Source of the DNA: Candidatus Thorarchaeota archaeon
GTDB lineage: Archaea; Asgardarchaeota; Thorarchaeia; Thorarchaeales; Thorarchaeaceae
Assembly: GCA_048883405.1 (NCBI GenBank)
Contig: JBHLQS010000002.1
Coordinates: forward strand, 1-62,607
DNA length: 62,607 nt
Direction of reading: 5' to 3'
The notes beneath the pieces were generated by a model. It saw only the letters and a list, made by a program, of their open reading frames with translations, was not told where the DNA came from and made no database searches. The stretch's first letter is position 1; every line of letters starts with the position of its first letter. The translations under genes were made by a program, and so were the position numbers. Shown piece by piece: positions 46,499-55,604 of the stretch.

Positions 46499-47551
46499 TT
46501 GTGCCCGGCAAAGGAGAAAGCCCAATTGCTGACCATCCTCATCGGTATCATTCTTGCATTCTTGATAGTACTCTTTACAATGCCTAGCACAATCCGAATC
46601 CTAAAAGAAAAAGGCATAGTAGGAGTGGACGTCCATAAATCCAACAAGCCAGAGGTGCCGAAAGGTGGCGGGTTTGTATTTCTGTTTGCGATGGTAGCCT
46701 CTTTACTAATCGTGATTGGAATAACAACCTTTCAGGGTCAAGAAGTCGATACAGGACTCTTAGCTGCACTGGTTTCAATCCTCCTCGCAGGAATGATTGG
46801 GCTACTGGATGATAGTCTTGACTTCAAGAATAGGACTAAGATAGCACTCCCAATGCTTGCATCAATCCCAATGATGGCCATGCAGGTAGGTACCACCACA
46901 ATGTCAATTCCATTTATTGGGACTGTTGACCTTGGCGTGCTCTATCCCCTCGTGGTCATTCCTCTGATGATGACATTCATCATCGACTCCACTAACATGT
47001 ATGGAGGAATGAATGGCTTAGAAACAGGCCTCTCGGCAATCAACTCTGCAGCTCTTATTCTCTATGTGGTGCTCCTATCACTCACTGATGGAATTGAGAC
47101 CACACAGGCACTTCTTGACTCAGGAGTAGTTGCTGGAGCGCTTCTTGGTGCATCCATTGCATTTCTCATTTTCAACAGATATCCCGCAAGGATACTGCCT
47201 GGAGACGTTGGAAGACTTCCAATGGGTGCAGCCATAGCTACAGCACTTATCTTAGGAAACATGGACAGACTAGCCATTTTCCTTTATGCGCCATTTGGTC
47301 TCAATTTCCTCCTATACATCTTTTATAGACTCTATGTACACCGCAGAGGAATCGAATATGTGAAGTTTGCCAGTCCAAGAGAAGACGGCACTCTCGAAGT
47401 CGAGGGTCCGTTCACCATGTACTGGGTGCTGCCATACCTTTCAGAAAATGTAACAGAGAAGAGCAACGTTGCTCTGTTGATACTGCTGCAGGCAATCATT
47501 GCCTTTGGTGCAGTGTTCCTGCTGGTATTCTCTGGAATGATATTAGCGTAG
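46499..47551 (+). CDS. aglH: UDP-GlcNAc:dolichyl-phosphate GlcNAc-1-phosphate transferase (GT4 / MraY-Alg7 family)
   Basis: GLLDDSLDFKNRTK, IDSTNMYGGMNGLETG, PGDVGRLPMG. About 10 TM segments. Confidence 0.8.
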   Translation: MCPAKEKAQLLTILIGIILAFLIVLFTMPSTIRILKEKGIVGVDVHKSNKPEVPKGGGFVFLFAMVASLLIVIGITTFQGQEVDTGLLAALVSILLAGMIGLLDDSLDFKNRTKIALPMLASIPMMAMQVGTTTMSIPFIGTVDLGVLYPLVVIPLMMTFIIDSTNMYGGMNGLETGLSAINSAALILYVVLLSLTDGIETTQALLDSGVVAGALLGASIAFLIFNRYPARILPGDVGRLPMGAAIATALILGNMDRLAIFLYAPFGLNFLLYIFYRLYVHRRGIEYVKFASPREDGTLEVEGPFTMYWVLPYLSENVTEKSNVALLILLQAIIAFGAVFLLVFSGMILA

Positions 47552-48592
47552 TTTGTCAAGAAGGTACGTGTCGACTACAAAGTCCATACCATATCTACTG
47601 AAGGCTTGTTGCTCAGCTTTTCTTCGCAGCCCTTGAAATTCAGCAATGTGTTTCTGCCAGTCGGGTCCTAGATATCTGACGTCCCGTGCAAGTTCGTCCA
47701 GTCGTTTGAGGTCTGCGCCAGTCATTGGTTCAGATGGAAGTGAGTACTCTTGAATATCAGCTGGAGTCACTCCAATCCACTCAGCGGCTGGTATTGTTAG
47801 ACCTGGGATATGAGCGGCATTAGCACTACCACTCTTCACAACTTGAGCTATATGCATCCCCCAGGGATCACCGTCAGTGAATAGAAACACAGGGAGTCCG
47901 AAGGCTTTATGCAGTTTTCGCATCAGAGCGCGTGTGGACCTTGGAGGTTGACCCCCAAGTTGTACAAGAATCGCCCGATAGCGTTTCCAGGCCAAGGTTT
48001 CAATCAGTCGTGAAAACATACCACCGGACTCAACCGCCAAAATCATCTCCGCATCTGTTTCAAGAGGCTCAGATGTCATCAGGGCTCGTCCTATTGGGAA
48101 TCCATCAGGACTCAAGGTTAGGTCAACCTCTTGTCCTTCATATCCAGGGACTGTGTAACTCATCTTGACTGATCCAAAAATAGCCGAGTGTTCCTCCGGG
48201 AAGACACCAAAGACTTCACGCGGTTTACCTGTTAGACACTCAAGGTCCGTAATGATGCGGTCTGATTCCGCTTGGTCATTGAATCTTACTCCAAAAGCTT
48301 CACTGGAGTAATATAGGTCCCTCAATGAACTTGTTCGATCGCTCTCCAAGAGTTGCTTCGCGAAATATGCTACCCATATGAGCTGAGCAAAGCTTCGGAT
48401 ATGTTTCAGATTGCTCGAGTCTCTCACAACTCGAGAATCTCCAAGAACGAACTGCTCCAATTCCGGATCGAATTCAATATTATCTGTGCCTCGATTAGGA
48501 ATATCTATTGTGGGAAATTTCCCGTCAATTATGGCTTCATTAATCCGCATCCCCATTGCCGTGAGTATGTTGATTGGATTTTGCTCAGACAT
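47543..48592 (-). CDS. top6A: DNA topoisomerase VI subunit A (Spo11-like)
   Basis: SLRDLYYSS (catalytic Tyr region), ILAVESGGMF, FLFTDGDPWGMHI (Toprim). Confidence 0.9.
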   Translation of the reverse strand: MSEQNPINILTAMGMRINEAIIDGKFPTIDIPNRGTDNIEFDPELEQFVLGDSRVVRDSSNLKHIRSFAQLIWVAYFAKQLLESDRTSSLRDLYYSSEAFGVRFNDQAESDRIITDLECLTGKPREVFGVFPEEHSAIFGSVKMSYTVPGYEGQEVDLTLSPDGFPIGRALMTSEPLETDAEMILAVESGGMFSRLIETLAWKRYRAILVQLGGQPPRSTRALMRKLHKAFGLPVFLFTDGDPWGMHIAQVVKSGSANAAHIPGLTIPAAEWIGVTPADIQEYSLPSEPMTGADLKRLDELARDVRYLGPDWQKHIAEFQGLRRKAEQQAFSRYGMDFVVDTYLLDKLR

Positions 48593-50102
48593 CAGTGTTC
48601 ACCTCAAACAGGGATTGGACCATGTGTGTTGTTGACGTGGGTAGCTCTGAATCTGCAAGAGCTGAACCATATTTGGCGATTATTTCAAACATCTCTGAGA
48701 ATTCGCGCATCTTTCTCGAATCGCGTCTGGCTTTGTCGCGGCGACCTGTATGTTTCCTCAGTGCACGTCCAAGCTTCCGAATAAGACTGGTGGCCTCAAC
48801 TTCAATCTCTGCCGTATGCGCCAATGACTGCTTTCCAGCTGCTCTGTACGGTACTTTTGTCGAACCAAAATGGATGAAGAGTGCAACGGGTAGAGACATG
48901 GAGAATCCGTAGTTTTTCCAATTGATTCGCTTCACAATCTTAGTCATTACGTCTTCGCTCGCATCATAGAGTAGGGGGACTCTATTTGCAAAACGATAGA
49001 GAGTCGGCATATCTACATGTGAAAACTCGCCCCCAAAAGCAATGACTCCTTCCACGAAGAACGGATTACCCTGCCACTCCGAAGCCGTCTGTTTCGAATA
49101 CTGCTTCCATGAGGGATGAAAGAGAGAATCTACAGAAGACAGGAAGGGTTCCTCACCAATTGGACTGAGACACCTGCTATCAGGACGCCCAAATCCATCA
49201 AATCGGCGTAGAGATGAACTCAGACGGGCGATATCAGCACGTGTGAGAGACTCCATCTTAACACCTTTATCAAGACCAATGAATTTCAGAAATCTCATAG
49301 CGGTTCTTGGACCCAATTGTTGAAACTCATCGACTAGGAAATCTTGGATTTTCTTGGAAGGGCTCCTTATTATCAATCTCCGTAGCAATTCCAAATCCGC
49401 AGATCTGGGATGCGGCTTGGAGGGTATAGGATTCTCAGGGACGGCCTGGGTCCAACCGCCTACTCTAGCCGTTTCGTTGCCGTTGAAGTCCAACTCGATA
49501 ACAGCATGAGGAGAAGCAATTGTGGTCAGTCTAACGTATTCAACGACCCTTTCCGAAGACCGCTTCAAATCACCCCGAAGCCTGAGAGTCACAGTTGTAC
49601 CATCTGCGGGTCTGATCTCTTCCCGTGCACTCTCAATAATCGGCAAGTTCTCTTCGATGTCAATCAGGAGGCTGTAGACCTTTCCCGGTCCTGAACAGTT
49701 TTGAGTGTGAACAACGACTGGTGAATCTGTAGTGATTTGGCCGTACAGGATGGCCATTGTCACTCCAAGTCCAAAAGTACCTCTCTTTTGCCTCATATCA
49801 TATTTACTACCATATAGGACTCTGCCAAATGATTCAGGTACGTTCTGATAGGGAAGTCCTGGGCCATTATCAGCAACTTTGATACACAATATATCAGAAG
49901 ACTGAGCAGATATATCGACGCTTATCTGCGGAATGCGCTGTGCATCTTCGCAGGCGTCTAGGCTGTTTTCAACGAGCTCTCGCACAGCAGAATAGACAGC
50001 CTGTGTTGAGTTCCCAAATCCTGCCATTTGGCGATTCCTGTAAAAGAACTCAGCAGGCGAGAGACTGCGAAAACCTTCTACAGATTGATCCATTACGGTC
50101 AT
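48585..50102 (-). CDS. top6B: DNA topoisomerase VI subunit B
   Basis: GHKL ATPase: ELVENSLDA, DNGPGL, GTFGLGV. 8-nt overlap with top6A. Confidence 0.9.
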   Translation of the reverse strand: MTVMDQSVEGFRSLSPAEFFYRNRQMAGFGNSTQAVYSAVRELVENSLDACEDAQRIPQISVDISAQSSDILCIKVADNGPGLPYQNVPESFGRVLYGSKYDMRQKRGTFGLGVTMAILYGQITTDSPVVVHTQNCSGPGKVYSLLIDIEENLPIIESAREEIRPADGTTVTLRLRGDLKRSSERVVEYVRLTTIASPHAVIELDFNGNETARVGGWTQAVPENPIPSKPHPRSADLELLRRLIIRSPSKKIQDFLVDEFQQLGPRTAMRFLKFIGLDKGVKMESLTRADIARLSSSLRRFDGFGRPDSRCLSPIGEEPFLSSVDSLFHPSWKQYSKQTASEWQGNPFFVEGVIAFGGEFSHVDMPTLYRFANRVPLLYDASEDVMTKIVKRINWKNYGFSMSLPVALFIHFGSTKVPYRAAGKQSLAHTAEIEVEATSLIRKLGRALRKHTGRRDKARRDSRKMREFSEMFEIIAKYGSALADSELPTSTTHMVQSLFEVNTDV

Positions 50103-50155
50103 TGTACAACAGTTGAAAGGGCCCTTGGCATTATTAGCTCGGGTATTACATCGCT

Positions 50156-50722
50156 TCAGAGATCGGTATCTTCCCAGAGCTCTGCCTCCATTCTGCTCAT
50201 ATCTCTACGGGCTCTCTCCAACATCCCGTATACGGCACCATGAGGCGCTCCGCCAATGAGCATATCGATGGCTTTCTGGGCATATTGCAGTCCAGGATCA
50301 TATCCAATGAGAGATACTGTTCTGCCATAAATCGAGATTTTTGACTCTGTAATCTGTTCTATTGCTCGTCTGGTTCTGCCTTTCTCTCCTATGATTCTGC
50401 CAGCTACTCGCTTCAGCTGGTTAGGAGATGAACCAACTACCTCACGCAATGAGATCACGAGCAGACGAGCATCCTCATCAATAAGGGACAGCGCATTCTT
50501 GGGGCTGAATCCGCGAGCCATGGCTCGAATTATGTCCTTGGCCTTCCAAGCTAGGACGGGGTCCTCTGTGTCCTCATGACTGGTTATCTTTACAATACCC
50601 TCTGAGTCAACTTCGATCTTTGTGTTTGTTAACTTCTCTACCCTCTTCCTCACTCTGCCATTACGACCTACAATAACTCCAACACGCTCGGCTGGCACTC
50701 TAACAGTTTCGTGTAAATGCAT
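50156..50722 (-). CDS. KH-domain RNA-binding protein (Dim2/Pno1-like)
   Basis: Two KH GxxG motifs (IVGRNGRVRK, IIGEKGRTRR). Conserved position after Rio1. Confidence 0.8.
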   Translation of the reverse strand: MHLHETVRVPAERVGVIVGRNGRVRKRVEKLTNTKIEVDSEGIVKITSHEDTEDPVLAWKAKDIIRAMARGFSPKNALSLIDEDARLLVISLREVVGSSPNQLKRVAGRIIGEKGRTRRAIEQITESKISIYGRTVSLIGYDPGLQYAQKAIDMLIGGAPHGAVYGMLERARRDMSRMEAELWEDTDL

Positions 50723-51538
50723 CTAGTCTTCACCAGAGGACAGTATCTCTTTTGCTATCTCCTTTGGGTCTTGAGCCTCGACCCCGAGCTTCTGGAAAAA
50801 GGTTGTGATGTTGCTAATATCTCTAAGTAGGTAGCGGCTTGCATAGTCGTGAGTCTTGAGAACAGCTTGTGACACATCGATAATCACAGGTCCATCTTGC
50901 CAGAGGATATTGTACTCACTTAGGTCTGCATGGACAAGTCCTGCATCAGTATAGCCAATATGAATCATGTTGATGATTTCGTTGAATGTATCAACCGGAG
51001 ATTCGATTTCTGTGTTCTTCATCAGTTTCGCTGGTGTTCCAGCGTCTAAATCACCAATGAACTCCATAACAAGTACATTCCGTTGAATGTCAATGGGTTT
51101 GGGGACACGAACTCCTGCTTCATGATATCGATTCAGGTTCTTGTACTCTTTCAAAGCCCATTGTGGAATCAGTGTTCTGCTTCGACGGCCGACGCGTTTG
51201 AAGCGAGGATCACCCACTATATACTCAAGCATGTAGTCTGTTTCAGCAGTACTCACACGAAATATCTTCACTGCCACTGGTGTGCCTTCAGGGTCTTCAC
51301 CAGTGTAAACGTTGGCTTCTTTTCCAGTACTGATTGTACCATGAAGCAAATTGATTGTACCTCTATTCAGAAGCTTGTATAAAGCCTTCAAGGTTGGAGG
51401 GTCAATTACACCCTCAATTACTTTGAATTCATCTGAGTCCTTCCGTCGTTTCATCTTGCGGCGATCGAGCTCAGATAGAAGTCGCTCATGCTTCTTGTCT
51501 AGGTCTTTCAACTTGCCATGACTTCCTAACAGGACCAA
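50723..51538 (-). CDS. rio1: RIO-type serine/threonine protein kinase Rio1
   Basis: ISTGKEANVY, VAVKIFR, LVHADLSEYNIL, IDVSQAV. Confidence 0.9.
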   Translation of the reverse strand: MVLLGSHGKLKDLDKKHERLLSELDRRKMKRRKDSDEFKVIEGVIDPPTLKALYKLLNRGTINLLHGTISTGKEANVYTGEDPEGTPVAVKIFRVSTAETDYMLEYIVGDPRFKRVGRRSRTLIPQWALKEYKNLNRYHEAGVRVPKPIDIQRNVLVMEFIGDLDAGTPAKLMKNTEIESPVDTFNEIINMIHIGYTDAGLVHADLSEYNILWQDGPVIIDVSQAVLKTHDYASRYLLRDISNITTFFQKLGVEAQDPKEIAKEILSSGED

Positions 51539-51587
51539 TTGAATTAAACTCGGTGCAAATCTGGTCGCATTTCAGAAAAAGGTTGGC

Positions 51588-51941
51588 CTAGAACATCTTC
51601 AAAAGACCCTTCTTCTGAAGCCAGTCAAGCTCATTGCCTCGATATCTATAGACAACATCACACTTCTGATCGGATTGGAAGTCCCAGGGTACAATTACGA
51701 CTGTATCACCAACACGCATCCAGACTCTTTTCTTCATTCGACCAGGTATACGTCCGATACGAATCTCCCCATCCTCGCATCGTACCCTGACTCTATCAAA
51801 GCCCAACATCTGGATGATGATTCCATACATCTCTCCATCATCACGTCGTGGAGTTCTAACCCGGACTAGTTCTTCGGTGGGTGGACCTTGTGGCTTGCGT
51901 TTACCTCTACGGGACAAAATAATCCTCCGTTCATGGTCCAT
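51588..51941 (-). CDS. eif1a: translation initiation factor aIF-1A
   Basis: GEMYGIIIQMLGFDRVRVRCEDGEIRIGRIPGRMKKRVWMRVGDTVVI (S1-like OB). Confidence 0.9.
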   Translation of the reverse strand: MDHERRIILSRRGKRKPQGPPTEELVRVRTPRRDDGEMYGIIIQMLGFDRVRVRCEDGEIRIGRIPGRMKKRVWMRVGDTVVIVPWDFQSDQKCDVVYRYRGNELDWLQKKGLLKMF

Positions 51942-52017
51942 GCTATAGAGTGCTTAGGACCTGACTCTCAATGTCGAAGGTGGCCATTTAAGCGTAGCTC
52001 TCCACACATTCGAGGAT

Positions 52018-53106
52018 TCAGTCATTGGGCGGAATCAGGAATACTCGATTGTCCAGTTGGAGCCCAAAAGCAGTATCGCCATTTGAAACATCTATTGTCA
52101 TGTCTCTCTGATCAATCTCATGTATTTCAAAACTCTCAGAGTCCATGATTTGAACTGGTTGATCGTGGAGATTCGATACTACCATGAATTGGCGTTTGTC
52201 CGATTCTGGTGCAATAAACTCGATAGTCCTCCACTTTGCACTCCTGGGATTGATTGTGAATCTATTCCCATTCTTGAGATTATAGCAACTGAGACCACCA
52301 CGACCCATTGCTGTTACTTGACATGGCTTTGAGCCAACCCGTATGAAGTCTCCAAGCGTGAATTTCTGAAGACGAATGAGAATAGTTATCCGATACTTCT
52401 TCTTACCGCCTTTGTCTTCGCCAATGAGTTTGTAGTTCTCCTTGCGTTCAGCAAGATACCTTTGCTGAAGACTATCTGCTATTCGTTTGCAGAGGTGCTC
52501 AGAACCAATCTTGAAGTCTAGTCCATATTTGTCCCTGTTCATCTCTGTCACGAAGGCCTTAATGTCCTTCCCATACTCCGCCACAGTCAAATCCGTGACG
52601 ACTGAAACTATCCCATCCTCTTCCTCATCTGTAATTGATCTCTCATCAGCTCGAACCTGAAGTATAGCTTCGTGGTAACCCCCACTCATCATAGCGCAGG
52701 TATCACATGTCGCGTAGCTGAATCGTACCTCGACAGGATAACTCTCAGAATATGTAGCTAGTGATGGATCTGAACTTCCGGATGCAATTACCATGATATC
52801 ACGTACTCTGTCCAGTGTCTTTTTTTCTGTGTACTCTAGCTGGACACCGTCAACATTCCGTTTGACCTCTTGCTGCAAAAGAATCTTCATTTGACGCTCT
52901 ATCAACTCTTCAGAATCGGAAAGATGTTCGCTGATCGTTTCCCATCCACCGGGCACTTTGACTGCCCCACACCGCTTGCAAGTGAGTAGTTTGAGTGGAG
53001 ACCTGACCTCAACTAATGGGTGTGCTTTTCTGTAGCAGTCAGCACAGAGCCCATCAATCTCGGACTTGTTTCCGCACTCATAACAGGGAGCAGTCAAGGT
53101 CATCAC
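52018..53106 (-). CDS. NMD3-family protein (60S subunit export/biogenesis factor homolog)
   Basis: N-terminal CYECG…CADCY…CKRCG zinc clusters; 362 aa. Confidence 0.8.
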   Translation of the reverse strand: MMTLTAPCYECGNKSEIDGLCADCYRKAHPLVEVRSPLKLLTCKRCGAVKVPGGWETISEHLSDSEELIERQMKILLQQEVKRNVDGVQLEYTEKKTLDRVRDIMVIASGSSDPSLATYSESYPVEVRFSYATCDTCAMMSGGYHEAILQVRADERSITDEEEDGIVSVVTDLTVAEYGKDIKAFVTEMNRDKYGLDFKIGSEHLCKRIADSLQQRYLAERKENYKLIGEDKGGKKKYRITILIRLQKFTLGDFIRVGSKPCQVTAMGRGGLSCYNLKNGNRFTINPRSAKWRTIEFIAPESDKRQFMVVSNLHDQPVQIMDSESFEIHEIDQRDMTIDVSNGDTAFGLQLDNRVFLIPPND

Positions 53107-53209
53107 CCGTGATAGATTACTGATTCCTTAAAACGTGGTGGGATTCACCAGCGTGTTGACACCTTTGCTTCAGCGGAAGCCTTTTTTGAATTATGATTAA
53201 CAATTCCTT

Positions 53210-53641
53210 ATGCCTCGAAGGAAGCAGTTCAGAAAGGTCTCCGAAGAGCCCGTAATATCAATCTTTAAGCCTGCTGGCATTCCTGCAAAAGAGCTAGACG
53301 AGATTTTCATTACAGTTGACGAATTTGAGGCAGTGAGGCTGGCTGATTACGAGGGAATGAATCAGAGAGAGGCCAGTGATGCGATGCACGTTAGCCAACC
53401 CACATTCAATCGGATTTTGACTTCGGCAAGAAGGAAGATTGCAGAGACCATAGTGCGTGGAATTGTGCTTCGAATTGAGGGAGGAGAATATGTCCTGCCC
53501 TGTGATGTTCGTGTTTTTGAATGCGAAAAATGCGGGAATACAATAGAAGCCCCTCTAGGACAACCTAGACCTAGGATTTGCCCTGAGTGTGGTTCAGACA
53601 CCCTATACAGAAAGAAGATGTCCAAAGAAACCAACGAGTGA
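53210..53641 (+). CDS. DUF134 (UPF0251) DNA-binding protein with C-terminal zinc ribbon
   Basis: PRRKQFRKV…FKPAG…VDEFEAVRLADYEGMNQREASDAMHVSQPTFNRIL; CEKCG…CPECG. Confidence 0.75.
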   Translation: MPRRKQFRKVSEEPVISIFKPAGIPAKELDEIFITVDEFEAVRLADYEGMNQREASDAMHVSQPTFNRILTSARRKIAETIVRGIVLRIEGGEYVLPCDVRVFECEKCGNTIEAPLGQPRPRICPECGSDTLYRKKMSKETNE

Positions 53642-53647
53642 ACCAAA

Positions 53648-54049
53648 ATGAATTTACACAAGATAGCAATACCAGCGATTTCTGAGCAGGGACTTGATAG
53701 TCCAATAAGTGCACATTTCGGTCATAGCCCAATGTTTGTTATTTCCACTGTTGAAGACGGAGAGGTTGTTGAGGTGGAAACTCTGAGGAATGCGGGGCAT
53801 TCCAGTTGTGCTGAACCGGTAATGGCATTGGCAGACAGAGGGGTCAAGGTCCTAATAGTATCAGGAATGGGAGGCCGACCATATATGGTGACTCAGCAAG
53901 TAGGAATCTCTGTCAAAAAAGCAGAAGGAGTCACAGTGAGAGATGTCCTGAATAACTATTTGGAGGGAATCTCAGCAGATATGAGAAGGGACGCGCTCTG
54001 CGGCGGGAAGTCAAAGGCGGAATGTAGCGGAGAATCACAAAATCACTAA
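53648..54049 (+). CDS. NifB/NifX-like (dinitrogenase FeMo-cofactor biosynthesis domain) protein
   Basis: KIAIPA…ISAHFGHSPMFVI…VKVLIVSGMGGRPY. Usual partner of DUF134. Confidence 0.7.
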   Translation: MNLHKIAIPAISEQGLDSPISAHFGHSPMFVISTVEDGEVVEVETLRNAGHSSCAEPVMALADRGVKVLIVSGMGGRPYMVTQQVGISVKKAEGVTVRDVLNNYLEGISADMRRDALCGGKSKAECSGESQNH

Positions 54050-54348
54050 AGACGAACCCATTGAGCGTGTGGATGCCCCTCTATATAGGCGACGGCTTGT
54101 TCATGGACGAAACCTGCCTTCATTGCAGTCTTGACGCTTGTTGAGCCAACCATGTTTGCAATGGTTGCTTTGTTGAGGTGTTCGACACAGACCTTGACAT
54201 CGACCAATTCGTCTCCATAGAACTCTGGAGAGACCTTGAACTCGATCGCACCCTCCGTCAGTGTCTTTCCGAGAAGCGCTTCGTCACACATGGCAACTAC
54301 ATAATGCCCGTCATGTGTTTCACGTGCACGCATGTAGACGTTAGGCAT
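54046..54348 (-). CDS. DUF424 domain protein
   Basis: YMRARETHDGHYVVAMCDEALLGK…EFYGDELV. ATG 54348 preceded by AGGAGG; track start 54396 would overlap aIF2-beta. Confidence 0.7.
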   Translation of the reverse strand: MPNVYMRARETHDGHYVVAMCDEALLGKTLTEGAIEFKVSPEFYGDELVDVKVCVEHLNKATIANMVGSTSVKTAMKAGFVHEQAVAYIEGHPHAQWVRL

Positions 54349-54362
54349 CCGTATTCCTCCTA

Positions 54363-54776
54363 TTAGACTGGTCTCACGGAGGTCCGAGCTCCGCATGCTG
54401 AGCAGATTAGATAGTAGGCGTTACCCGCTTTGGCCATGCTAGTGTCTGGACGTGTACATACTGGACAGATCACATATGATTCGATATATCTGCCTAAGAC
54501 ATCATCTATTTGGTCAGACATAAACTTTCCATTGAAGATAGCACTGCTCCCTTCAATATTGCCTGCTGTGGCTAGCTGGCCGGCCACATATTTGAGCACC
54601 TCTTTCCCTGGTCGGTTTAGAATGTTGATTATCTCCTGAAAGTTCTGCCAAAAACTTCTACTGCCCTGAACCATCAATTGCACTTTCGGAACTTGGAATC
54701 TCTCTCCAGACCTCTTGAATGCATCCTCAGGGACTTGAGAACGCGCCCTTTCTAGAAGACTCTCGTAGTCGTCCAT
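54363..54776 (-). CDS. eif2b: translation initiation factor aIF-2 beta subunit
   Basis: YESLLERA…FQVPK…; C-terminal zinc ribbon CPVC…CSACG. ATG 54776 preferred (GGAGTG upstream). Confidence 0.9.
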   Translation of the reverse strand: MDDYESLLERARSQVPEDAFKRSGERFQVPKVQLMVQGSRSFWQNFQEIINILNRPGKEVLKYVAGQLATAGNIEGSSAIFNGKFMSDQIDDVLGRYIESYVICPVCTRPDTSMAKAGNAYYLICSACGARTSVRPV

Positions 54777-54825
54777 AATCCAAATCACTCCGGATTCGCT
54801 ATTAAGCTGTCGCTCTGTACTTCGT

Positions 54826-55518
54826 TCAGGAGTCAGCCGGACGATAGATACCGACTTTTACTTCTACCAGACTTCCCTGACCTTGAAGATCTAGGACCTT
54901 TAGCTGAATATCAGTCCGGTCATGGCCTTTCTCCTCAAAGAAATCCACGATGGACGCGATGGGGACACCTTCTTCCGCAGAATTCTCTTCAATGTACTGC
55001 ATAATTTGCTTGTAGATTTTGCCAGAAACGGGCGTGCCTTTCTTCTCTGGAGGTTTCTTTGCGACTTCGTGTTTGGGAGGGGCAGCAGAGTCCTTGAAGA
55101 AGTCTTCTGATCCAAAGGTCGTTTCAAGTGCTACCCCGCTGCGAGTGAGCATTGCAGCGTATCGCTCTAGTAGATGAACTGTCATGTAATTCGGGTCGTC
55201 GAGTTCTCGCACTATTTCTGGAGATACATATACTTCACCTTGGTACTCTTTCACTTTACCGATAATGAGTGCTAGAATATTCGCCTGAACATTCTCGAGA
55301 GAGCTTGCTTCGCCACCCCATGCCTTTGCCCTAATCGTTTCAGTTCCGTCATCAATTGTTATGCTTGCATAGCCTTCTTTCGAATAATGGTCGACTATTA
55401 GACCGACTAGAGCAACTCTTCGCAATTCCACACCATATGGAGATATGACATGAGAGCCATTATCATCTCCAAAGGTTCCGTTCACAATATCGCTCACTGC
55501 AGCCCGTACTGCAGTCAT
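54826..55518 (-). CDS. OB-fold plus C-terminal winged-helix protein (RPA32/Stn1-like)
   Basis: OB part RRVALVGLIVDHYSKEGYASITIDDGTETIRAKAW…ILALIIGKVKEYQGEVYVSPE; C-terminal wH-like IYKQIMQYIEEN…GVPIASIVDFF. Family call tentative. Confidence 0.45.
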   Translation of the reverse strand: MTAVRAAVSDIVNGTFGDDNGSHVISPYGVELRRVALVGLIVDHYSKEGYASITIDDGTETIRAKAWGGEASSLENVQANILALIIGKVKEYQGEVYVSPEIVRELDDPNYMTVHLLERYAAMLTRSGVALETTFGSEDFFKDSAAPPKHEVAKKPPEKKGTPVSGKIYKQIMQYIEENSAEEGVPIASIVDFFEEKGHDRTDIQLKVLDLQGQGSLVEVKVGIYRPADS

Positions 55519-55604
55519 TCTCTCTCGACTCAGGGTAGTTCACCTGTCCGTGTTTGTCTTGTTCACTCTTCAGTATTTATCGTTCTCTATATGATTAGAA
55601 CCAT

